Shown here: positions 53,800 to 64,000 of the stretch, piece after piece
How positions within the stretch are numbered: the stretch's first letter is position 1
Layout: each line of letters begins with the position of its first letter
Source: Camelus ferus
Lineage: Eukaryota
DNA: 64,000 bases
Reading direction: 5' to 3'
Assembly (NCBI RefSeq): GCF_009834535.1
Contig: NC_045697.1
Coordinates: 81,346,001 to 81,410,000, forward strand
Notes under the pieces: generated by a model
Database searches by the model: none
Seen by the model: the letters and a program-made list of their open reading frames with translations, nothing else
Told to the model about the DNA's origin: nothing
Position numbers and translations under genes: made by a program

Positions 53800-54900
53800 C
53801 GCCATCTGTGTCTCCTATTCTGTTTAAACTCATTCTTTAGCTCTACGTGGCTCCCACATTGCAAAAAACTTTAGTTATCATTGACTCTTCACTCTCTCCC
53901 ATCCCTAGCATATAGGCTGTCACTAAATTTTATCAGATTTGCTTGTGAAATAACTTTCTATTCCCACTTTATTTCTGGTTCCCAGTTCCTATTTATCTAA
54001 AATTTCCTGTAAAATCTTGCAGTTCTTTTCTAATGTAGACTTGATTTTAACAATTCCCTGCGTAAAGGAAAAGTCTTGAATATCACCACAAGGGAATCAT
54101 ATTTTGTTAATTTAAAAATATGGTGAAAGTGTGTTTTGACATGAATATATTATATAAAACTAAAAGCACGTGACTAAAAGAATCTACTTTATTACCTAGT
54201 ATTTCATTTCATTTTCAATGAAAATAATACATGTTCCATATATTTCGTGTATATAGGTTAAAAGGATATTCTTCAGCATAGTGACTGTTTGTCTCTAGGT
54301 AATGACCTTGCATCTTTTTTGGTAACAAGTCACCCATCTCTCACTCAAATAAAACATAAAAATATCTTGATGGTTGCCAAAGCCTACAGGGTCTAAGACT
54401 CTCCCCAGTCTTTCCACACCTACTTCTAGCTCAATATTCTGCACATCTCTTCCCCCTTCCCTTTCTTGCATCATTCTCTTGCCCTGTCAGGTGGCATGAT
54501 TTTCCCAGAGAAATGTGTGCATTTCCATGTTTTTTTTCCCTCTTTTTATATATTGTTCCTTCTGCCTGAAATTTTCTTCCTTTTCACTTCTAATTGTTGA
54601 ATTCCTATTTGTTGTTTAGGGCTCTTCAAATTCTGTGAAGATGTCCAGAACCTCACCAGGGGAATGAATCAATCTGTCCTGAGTAAAGTATCACAGCAAA
54701 GTAAAAATAAGTAACAATTGTTTATTATACTCATGTAACAGTTTTTCATGTTCTTGACTCCCTGATAAATTATGAACCTTCTCAGAGTCTATCATAGATT
54801 ACGTGGATTGCATTTTGTGGATTGTATAATGCTATCCACAGTCTTCAATGCAATATCAAGTACTCAGTAAGTCTTTAACAAATGTAAGAAAGAATGTGAA
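53800..54900 (+). mobile_element. Fragmented L2
   Basis: TTATCATTGACTCTTCACTCTCTCCC, TGTTCCTTCTGCCTGAAAT and a terminal GTACTCAGTAAGTC. Confidence 0.55.
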
Positions 54901-55544
54901 CAGGAGATGACAGGTTTAACTTTAAATTGTTAGGAAATTATGGCATTTAAATTTTGTCTTTCTTAAAACCCTAAAAACTGAATTTTAAATATGTTTCTTA
55001 TCTTTTAAATTATGATTTCTTTCCCCATTTCTTACTCCTTCGAGCCATTCCCACACAAGATCAATGACAAACGAACAACCTTGAATTACTGAAAAATGTC
55101 TTCTTTCAAGCAGATTTTGCAGTTGTTTCTATACAGGGCGCCTCCCCCAGGAGAGAGAAACTCTAATGCAAATTCGGATTTTGACCACTCAGTCTTTTCC
55201 CCAGTCACCCTCTAAATACTTGTGCCCTTGGAACTTGTCTTTTGTTGATGGAAGATTAATCTGAAAAAAATCGAGGATTATATCTAACATTAGAGATGAA
55301 TAAAAACTTTAAACATAAATGACTTTCAAGAGGCATCTATACTGTCTCAGCCTTCTTAAACGTCTGTCCTCAATAATTATTTTTCTCAATAAAAAAATTT
55401 TATGTGATGGAATTAGAACAGGATAGAACAGGCAGATGGGAGGGTAGTAGGGGATACATTTCCAATTTGCTCACAGTGATTCTAATCCAGTCCAGCGTAG
55501 TTCATGACAGGCAATAAACACTCAATGGATCTTTATTTGAAATA

Positions 55545-55705
55545 CAGTGAACCCTCCATATCCATGGTTGGTTGACTCCCCAGTCCAGATACATAGGGCC
55601 AACTGTACTATTCCATTTTATGCAAGGGTGCTGAGCATATAGAATTTTTGTATCCTCAGAGGTCCTGGAACCAATCAATCCTCTGTTGATACTGAGGTAC
55701 CACTG
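55545..55705 (-). mobile_element. TcMar-Tigger MITE (MER2/MER2B-like)
   Basis: Imperfect TIRs CAGTGAACCCTCCATATC / CAGTGGTACCTCAGTATC with TA at the left junction. Reverse strand reads GATTGGTTCCAGGACC...GGATACAAAAAT. Confidence 0.85.
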
Positions 55706-55709
55706 CAAT

Positions 55710-56000
55710 TGATTCAGCAAGTATTAGTTGAATATCTACTATTACCAAGCCCTTTCCAGGCCTAGGGAAGTCCTATTTTAGTGAAGAAATACTGTGGCTT
55801 AATTCATTTATTCAGCAAATACTTAAAGGAACACATAGGCTGTTCCAGATACTGAACCGTGCTGTGGATGCAGGGGAGAGCAAGCCAGAGGTGACTACTG
55901 AATTCCACAGACCTTCCAGGCTGATGTCTGTGATAGAGGAATATTTAAATGCTATAGATATAAACTGAGAAAGCATTTAATTCTACCTAAGGGAGCAAGA
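55710..56000 (-). mobile_element. L2 3' tails (two adjacent)
   Basis: ATTCAGCAAGTATTAGTTGAATATCTACT and TTCATTTATTCAGCAAATACTTA. Confidence 0.6.
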
Positions 56001-57289
56001 AATAACATTCTGAAATTTGTGGAGCATCTACTGATAGATACGCCAAGTATTGCACATGGATGTGTCATTTATGCCACCCTGCTGGTTTATTATAGTGCTA
56101 AATGTTTCTGAAATGCTTCTGATAATTTTGCATACACTAAAATAAAACAATGTTATAGTCCAATCTGTATTTTTATTTGAGTGTTATCCTATTATATCTC
56201 TCAGCCAGTATTTGTTCTAACTTGCTGTCCTTAAATGAATTTATCATGAAGTTTGGTTTACACCACTATAAACTCTAGCTGGTGTTTCCATTTTGTTTTG
56301 ATTAACAGTTTTGACTCACATGCCTGACGAAAGAAAAAGCCAGTGATGGAGCTTGAGTGCTTCAAAGAAGTAAAAGGTGTATCACACAGGATATTAAAAT
56401 GGAAGTCATATAGATTGGAAGAAAGTGATTGAAAATATAGATGGCAAAGATTATTATATGATTTAGCATTGGTGGTGGATGGGCTTTCATATTATGAAAG
56501 GTGTCAGGAAATTTTGTGCAACTTGGCAGTATGGTTAAAGAATCGTATAAAAGGTCATTGAAAGAAAATATAACGAGCAATTACAAGTTTGCTGTACTCT
56601 CAATCCTTGTAGTACTCTGCAAGCTTATTCTTATGGGGCTCATGCTATGAGGGCCCCATAATAACTAACCTGGTTAATAAGATCAAGTCCAACAATCACA
56701 TGTGCAGCCTCCCCCTCCCCATTCAATGAGTGTATGTGAGCACAATGCCCTTTATATTTCTTAATTTAGGACAGAAAAAGTTTTAAAAATAAGTCAAATT
56801 TAAGTTGGACTTAGAACAATAAATTGTGTTTCAACAGATGGTAAATGAAGAGAAGAGAAAATCAGTCAGAAGAAATAACCTAGATATGTAGGTCCTGGAA
56901 TCAACCAATCTGGGACACTGAGAATGTTACCAGATGAGGTTAAGCTCAAGACAGGGTTTGTGGAAGGGATAAAAAAATAGAAATTTAAAGAATAACACTT
57001 GTGGGAATTAGTATTGAATTTTGATGTTATTTAAGATGTTATTAAGGTAGTTATTTTAAATAGCTTTGATATAAATTTGCAAATAGCATTAATATAATCA
57101 AAGGAAGACAAAGGAAAAAATGAGGAGCCATTTACATGGGTTTAGATTTTTTTTTTAATAATCCTTATTCACTAATCTTACAAGTTGTCTTAATACACAT
57201 CGTTCTTATATGTCAACTTCAACTATCCAGAATACAGACGAGAAACAAAAAGTAAGGCAAAAATTGCTATAGATAACTATATAATTTTC

Positions 57290-58400
57290 TGGAATTTAAT
57301 TTATTGACAACAGACATCCTCATTTCTGCTTAACAGTTTAAATTTTCTACCTCTAGCCCACTTCTTAGTCCACAAGAAATCAAAAACAATTTCCTTCTAG
57401 AATTGCTGTCCAGGACTGGAGGCAGCCAAGGAGAGATGGGCTGAGGTTCTGCAAGCTGCTCTATCTACAGTGTATTTGTCAATTTGGGAGAAAGCAAAAA
57501 GGCTGTGAGGTCAGACACAGAGCTATTACTAAGAGGATAGGAAAACCAACAGAGCTTTTGGCAATTTCCTAAGTCTCAGGAGAAAAAGTAGAGTTTAGAG
57601 CTAAAATGGCAGGTGAAACTTGAAGGGCCAAGATCTCAGAAAAGTTGAAGCATAGAGAAGTGAGGCGAAATCTTGTGAATTTTTTTTTCACTTTGGGGCA
57701 TTCACCGAATTCTTAAACTACACAGCTAAAGAAGGAGAGAAGCTAAAGAGAAAGTTGCTCAAAAATATCATATGATTTTTGACAATCTTAAAATGCCGAA
57801 GAGATTTAAACAATTAGAGGACATAATGAGGAGAGGGGCTCTTGGTAAACACAGCAAGACTAGTTCAGTTCTTGATTGGATTCAGATATTCTGCCCTGCT
57901 TCAGCTATTCAGCAGAAGGAATTATGAATCCTCTCTAGAGCAAAATACAATTATTCAGAGTCTCTAGAATTATTAATGCAAAATGTCCCATAATCACTAA
58001 AAATGTTCAGCATATCAAGAAAAATAAATGTGAACAAAAGACATCATACTCAATGAGAACATACTTTAAAGTAAGTAATTAGCAAAAAATCTTGAAGAAA
58101 ATAACAAAGATTGAGGATTTATGCTATCACAGTCACAAATACATGCATAAGTACAGTAATGAAAACACTGTGTTTTGGCGTAAGTATAGAAAAACGGACC
58201 GATGGAAAAGAATAGAACACCTAGAAGACTCAAAATTACGTATTGAGCTGATGTAACAAAGTTTATCCTGTAGTAAAATTAGAAGAAATGGTGTTTTCAG
58301 TAATGATCATGGATCAACTGGATATATATGTAAAACAAAAAATCAACCTTACCTACTTCACAATATATTAAACGATTCCAGGTTAAAAAAAAAAAAAAAG
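57290..58400 (+). mobile_element. Old L1: 5'-end segment joined to an ORF2 3' segment
   Basis: 58080-58260 is a degenerate version of the ILKKKNK..TVIKTVWYW..DQWNRIE region of ORF2. 57400-58040 resembles an L1M 5' end. Confidence 0.65.
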
Positions 58401-58409
58401 TAAAGGCTC

Positions 58410-60852
58410 AATTTGTAAGACAAGTTGCACAAACTGTCCTCAATTTTCAGGATGATTGTCTTTAATTCCTCAAAGAATTGGGTTGCAACCTGAATGATAT
58501 CAAGGGCCTGACCCGTCCATCCAACAGAATTATCTTCAACTTGCTTTTTTGTATCAGAGAGAAGATCTTCAACTAAGATGAAAATCCAAAGATTCCTTGT
58601 TCTAGATTTAGGGCTATTGGAATGTATGCTTTTTGAATGTTTTCCTTTTTCTCTGGGTAGATAGTTTCATTTAGATTAGAGGAGAGGCTTAAACAAAACT
58701 CCCTATCAGGCTCTCAGGCTCTGAAACCCAGCTTTCAATTTGGCAACTTCTGACCTTAGATTTACTTAAAAAAAAAAAAAAAAAAATCGTTTCAACTATC
58801 TTGTCAAGTTCCAGCCAAGTCAAAGAGCAACATTCCTGGCAGTATTGAACAATCCCCAAATTTACTACTCTCCCAAGATCCAGAGCCACTCCCAAAGATA
58901 ATCAAAAGAAAAAATGACTTAGGTAATTTCCCCTTGAAAGCTGGCAACAGTTAATAGGCCCCTAGCCACAAATGGAGTGCAGCCCACACTTCTGACCAGC
59001 CAGTTTTGGGCCCCAAAACTGAAGGTTGAGCTGCTTGCAATACATAAGAACTGACAATCTAGATACAAAAGCCAAGCCAAGCTCTCAGGAAACAAAACAA
59101 GACAAAGAAAAAGTAGAGCTGTCCCTGAGAGAGAAAAAATTGACAACAATAAGTACTCCAAAGCCGGATTCACAAGAGTCTGGATTTGGAAAGGAAGAAA
59201 TTGTAGTTTCTCCTTGGTTGTTTAAGAGAATAACTAACTGGTAGCAGTTTACTGGAGAATCCTGCACAGTCTTGTCAATTCTGGGAGGGACCCATATAGG
59301 GGCCTTCCTTTGATGATGGATATGAGAGCATTCAAGTTGGTGTGAAAAATTTGACAAAACCTTTGGTTGCGAATGAGACAGATTTCTGGGCCAGTATTTT
59401 GATGATGGACCCAGAGGGAAGTACAATGAGGGAGGCACAGGTATTCTTATTTTTTCGGCCTTGGAGCTGCAGGAGTTATAAGGCCACTAATTTGCTGGGC
59501 ATTGTTTTTTCTTTTTTTTTTTATGTTTTGTAGTCTTTTCAGAGTGGAAAGGCAATTCACATGGAGGCACAGGAGACTGAGTTCTTCGGTAAAGGTTATA
59601 GAGGGGAGTAGCAGGAGCCAAGTAAGTCTTACAGTGTTCTGTTTTAGGTACCACTTGTGTCTTTAATTTCTCATTAGTCTTTTGCAATGAACCTTTCAAT
59701 GACACTATTTTGGAATTTTGAAGTCTCTGGAAGCTTCTGGATACCAATTAAAATAGGTACCCCATCCTGTTTGTTGATTTGGGAAACTTTGCTTTCAAGA
59801 GCACTTTTTAAATAAATGATTGTCTAATTGGAACATTTCCCATAATGACCATTGTAATTCTAAGTTGTTTTAGTAAGATTTTGCCATTTTTGTGTATTAT
59901 TTATAGCTTCTGGGACCCCAGTTCTTAGACAGAAAATAAGCAAGTGTGCCAGAAGGTGGTATATTCAATTCTTTGTAACTTGAAGATTCCCATTTCCTTA
60001 GCTAAACTTTGGGTCTCTCAGAGCTAAATTAATACCTATTAGAAACATGCCACTGGCTTGGGGATTTTGTGGTGTTTTACCTTGTTGCATAGAAAGTTTT
60101 TTGAGGTTGGTGGTGACCTAGTGTCACTCTAACCTGTTCCATGACCAACTTATCCTGGCACAGCAGTCTTAGAGTTAGATGGGAGTGCTCTAACAGTTTT
60201 TAAGTACTTGACTCCTGACCACCAATTTTGCGGCTTTGGCTTCCGAGATTCCCATTAGCAACAGATCTATTACTCCTTTCACAAAAACATTTCTTTGCAG
60301 TGGTATCTGCCCTGATAGCTTTTAATGGCCTGAACTGTGTCTACTTAGATTTTGATGATTGACACAGTCTGAATTTCTTGTCTTAATGTATTTCTCCAAG
60401 TCCCCTAGTGGTTTATGCTGTGAACTTACCTCAAGGCTTTGTGAGTCCCCTACTAGCTGCCACACAGTGAAGGCTCCTGGTATTACTATCCTGGAACTTT
60501 TCAAGGGACTTAGAACCTTTCTGGGAACTATATAGATAAAATGTATGTTTTTATATGCATATGTGTGTGTATATATATACAATGTATGTATATTTATGTG
60601 TGTATATATACACACACACACATTATACACACACACACATTATACACACACACACATACACACAAAGTGTGTTTGGATCAGAGACCTGCATGCAAGAAGG
60701 TGGTGCGCAGATCTGAGAGTGACTTACCAAAGGCCCAGGGTAAGGGCAAGAGGAACAATGAAACAAAGGGTTCAGTGGGTGCTGTGTCTATGCATCTCCT
60801 TGTTCCACAGGCCACTAGCAATCAGCTTTGGATCCCATTCCTTTCACCAAAA
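58410..60852 (-). mobile_element. Degenerate class I ERV internal region (leader, gag and pro remnants)
   Basis: PBS-like TGGTGAAAGGAATGGGAT (60849-60832) and leader GTAAGT donors. Gag-like ATG-GGA at 59993 is followed by frameshifted PPSGTLAYFLSKNWGP / LELQWSLW / YFNWYPEAS, then protease-entry-like ILLNNQGETTI. Confidence 0.75.
60540..60665. repeat. Compound (TA/TG/CA) microsatellite inside the ERV leader
   Basis: Directly visible. Confidence 0.9.
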
Positions 60853-61182
60853 CTAATTAAAAATGATTAAAGAAAATAATTTGGGTTATACAAACAAACT
60901 TTTTAACACTTCATGAAGTAGATCAGTCGTTTTTTTGGAGAACTGCAAAAGGCAGAAAGCTTTTATAGAATAAAGAATAAAGGAGACTAACAAGATATCT
61001 GATTGGTTGGGGCCACATAGTCAACCTTGTTTGGATGAGAAGACCCAGAGTTGGCTTGGAATTGGTGACTGGCTGACCCTGTGGTCAAGCCGAGTATTTC
61101 TTGAACACAAAAGTTATCTGAGCTTCCATGCTGACATGGCACTACAGGCAGGACATCTTGGGTCTAGAAATTTATTTCAAAA
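60853..61182 (-). mobile_element. 5' LTR of the ERV1 provirus
   Basis: Abuts the PBS. Minus-strand CCAATCAG (~61006) and CTATAAAAG (~60968) are in promoter order. Boundaries approximate. Confidence 0.65.
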
Positions 61183-61329
61183 GCACCAAACTAGTTTTCT
61201 GCTAGAGTTTCTGCCAAACCCTGAGAGATTCTGCTTTAATGATTGCATACAGCATAGAGGACAGACGATAAAGCTTCTGTCTGCCCATGGTGTAGAATTG
61301 GATTGGTGACTCAACATAAGCAGAACCCT

Positions 61330-62660
61330 AACAGCTTAATGAAAATTAAACCCCACTGCCCAGAAAAAGATTGGAAAACTTTCCAATCTTGGCCTTGAAA
61401 ACAGATAGAGGTAAAAACTCCCCTTATGCATTCAAAATCAAAAGGTAGCTTTGACTTGGGGTGAAAACCTATGAAGATAATACAATTACAAATTCTCCAA
61501 GTGATTAATATACTTTCACATATTACAAACGAAAAGGTAAAGATAAGATTATTATCTTGATAAATGATGGAAATGTGCAATTAAATTCAACATTCATTCT
61601 TTATAAAATTTTTAGCAAAAGAGAAGTAAGAAATATTTTTTCATTTAGCAAGGTACATACACAAAAAGAATTTTTTAAAAAATCACACTTGAGTGAGAAA
61701 AAAATGAAAGCATTCCCTTCAACATCAGGAACAACACAAAGATGCCTGCCATCGTTATTCCCAATTAAATATAATTATGAGGTCCTTGCCAGTGATAGCA
61801 AATTAAAAAAAGAAAATAGATGTGAGAAATGGAAAAAAAAGTTTCTATTATTTATATGATACGACTCTCCATAGAGAACCCCCTGCAAAATCTACTGATA
61901 AATTAATAGAATTAAGTAAGAAAGTTTACCAAGACTCAAAATTAAAAAATGAATGAATTTCTAAAATCTAGTAGCAATCAGTTAACATCCTCATTAATAA
62001 GAAAATAAAAAGTGATCATTTACAGTAGCAATAAAAAAGGAACACATCTTTTTTTAAGTGCAAAGTTTGTAGGGAGCAAATTATTAAACTTTAAGACATT
62101 AAAGAAAATCTGAAAAAAATGGTAGAAATATAACTTTCTATGATTGGGATACTGAGCATTGTTGTGATATAAACTTAATCAGTTGACAAAGACTACCGTT
62201 CTAGTAAAATTATGATTTGTTTCACTTTTATATTTAATTTAGCAATTTGATTCTAAAATTTATGTCAAAGAGCAAATAATCAAGAACAGTCAAAGGCATT
62301 CAAGAAAAATGACAATTTGCAGAGACTGGTTCTTCCACATATTAAAAAGTAGCAATAAAGATACGGTAATTAACACAGGGAGAATTTAGCTGACAAAACA
62401 CATACACAAAAGGGACTGAAGAGAGAGCTACACAGACCCAGAGCATAGAAAATCCCCATGTATATGTGGAAAACTGATCTGAGATAGAGCAAAGATGGCA
62501 GAGTGGTGTGGAAACAGATTCTTAAACAAATCACAATGTGACTGTAATACCAATTACGAAAGAATTATTAAGGATGGTTGGTTTGGAGTGAGAAGAATAT
62601 CAGAACTTATTATTTTCTTCTTTGCATTTTTAAATTTCCTAAATAAAAAAAAGAAACAAA
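61330..62660 (+). mobile_element. Old L1 ORF2 fragment (RT region to 3' end)
   Basis: KAFPSTSGTTQRCLPSLFPI..EVLAS and LFI*YD are degenerate L1 RT motifs, followed by post-RT sequence and an A-rich end. Confidence 0.85.
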
Positions 62661-63449
62661 ACAATAAATATCATTAAAATGCAGTGAATGAAAGGTGAGG
62701 AAGTAGAAATTATAAGTAACTCGAAGTCTTGCTATGAAGAAAAGCAGAAAATTTAGATCCTACTTTGAGGGAAGCAAGGACAAGAGGACATTATTTTAAT
62801 GTTTGGGTGTAGAGCATATTTATAGGCTAATAGGAATGGTCCAGTAAAGAGTGAAACCCTGATGATGGAGAAGGGTAAGGCAATCAATTATTTAAAAATT
62901 TGTCTGAAGAGGGAACTCTTAATCCTCTACAATTTGATATAAATGAAGCAAGTTTAAATGCAGACATTGTAACCATAAGCTGGACTAGCACTAGGTTCTT
63001 TTCCAAGACTCTATTATATTTCAGAAAGAATAGATATTAACTGGAAGAAAATAAAATGCTTAAATATTTCTAGAATAAACTTTCTGACATGGAAAAACAT
63101 AATACAGACATCAGTGCAAAATACATGAGTATGGATATCATGAGACCAAAGAAGACAATTTGACTTTCTTTAGTTTTCATGAGGAAAATATTCTTTCTTG
63201 ATAAATTTAAAGAGTTGTTTTTTGGAGTTTCTTATTTATAGAAAGTGCTGTGGGTCTACTGAATTACTGAAGAACTTACAAATATGGGGGGAGGGACTGG
63301 AGTATGAATGATGTTAACGTTATTGTCAATTCTTCGTTGACACAAAACCTGTGTACACACTTTGTTTTGTTTTTTAGCCAACAATAAAGTTATGATTCTA
63401 ATTTATATTAATTAATTTAAAATTATTTATAAGTAGGTTAAAAAATGTT

Positions 63450-63820
63450 CACCACAATATGTTTCTTCTGTATTCCCAGATGTATAGGAAGTCTGCATGT
63501 CCTCATCCCCATGAATTAAAAGAGTGATCATGTGACTTGTTTTGGCCAACCGAACGTGAGGAGTGAGGCATTTCACTTCTGTTGGAAGTCAGTGATCAAT
63601 TTTTCAGCATGACTCCTCCTTGCTTCAGTGATTGTAAAAGCATATTGAGGTCGAGGTGCTAGGTACTGAAGAGCAGCCTCCGGGCTGAAGTAAATACAGG
63701 GAGGGCAGACAGCCTGGGGCATGTCCTATACTCACAGTGATGTGTAAGCAAAGATAAATATTGGGTTAAGCTAAAAAAAATTTAAAGTTGTTGCTAGTAT
63801 AGCATAACTTAGACCTTCTT
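63450..63820 (+). mobile_element. MaLR LTR (MLT1H/I-like)
   Basis: GATCATGTGACTTGTTTTGGCCAACCGAACGTGAG and the end GTTAAGCTA...TAGCATAACTTAG. Confidence 0.7.
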
Positions 63821-64000
63821 GAAGGAATTAGGAAACTAAAGTAGAAGGTGGAGCAGGAGAATTAAACCCCAGGAGAAGTAAAGGAAGCTGGGTAGAAGAA
63901 AATCTAAATCTTCTAACTATCCTTGAGTCTTGTGCAAAAAGAATTTTTGTATGTGAGAGACAGTGGAAAATCCTATGACATGCCATATCGCTTAAGCTAT

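Larger units (their letters stand above)
1..64000 (+). other. IMMP2L: Probably intronic sequence of a very large host gene (IMMP2L intron 3, if the nested gene is LRRN3)
   Basis: No coding exon is visible in 64 kb. The call is inferred only from the LRRN3 recognition and the known antisense nesting of LRRN3 in IMMP2L intron 3. No IMMP2L exon is seen. Confidence 0.45.

Noticed and set aside
60322..60870. 100+ aa ORFs rich in H/T/Y/V/C
   Set aside because: Read through a TA/CA microsatellite within the ERV leader.
1..64000. CRISPR array, prokaryotic operon or novel multi-gene system
   Set aside because: Mammalian non-coding DNA with no regularly spaced direct repeats, no long ORFs and no supportable novel system.

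Overview
This is AT-rich mammalian genomic DNA, most likely from a camelid: it carries two tRNA-derived Vic-1-type SINEs and an artiodactyl-type L1 3' end, and I saw no Alu, BovB or PRE-1 elements. I found no supportable protein-coding exon. The ORF track reflects low-complexity DNA, repeat remnants (L1 ORF2, CR1/L3, ERV gag/pro) or chance. The one gene-like structure is on the minus strand: a CpG-enriched promoter and non-coding first exon (~6870-6414, TAG|GTAAGT donor) plus a candidate 98-nt second non-coding exon (5844-5747). From memory this resembles the 5' end of LRRN3, which lies antisense inside the giant IMMP2L intron 3. If so, the whole window is IMMP2L intron on the + strand; this needs a BLAST check. 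The remainder is a layered transposon record (L1, L2, L3/CR1, MIR, MaLR, ERVL and ERV1 LTRs, a truncated ERV1 provirus, Tigger and hAT MITEs). I cannot support a wholly new biological system. The best leads cluster at 5.7-6.9 kb: a stem-loop burying the exon-2 acceptor, an opposite-strand 60-nt candidate poison exon, tandem donors and a uORF-rich leader.
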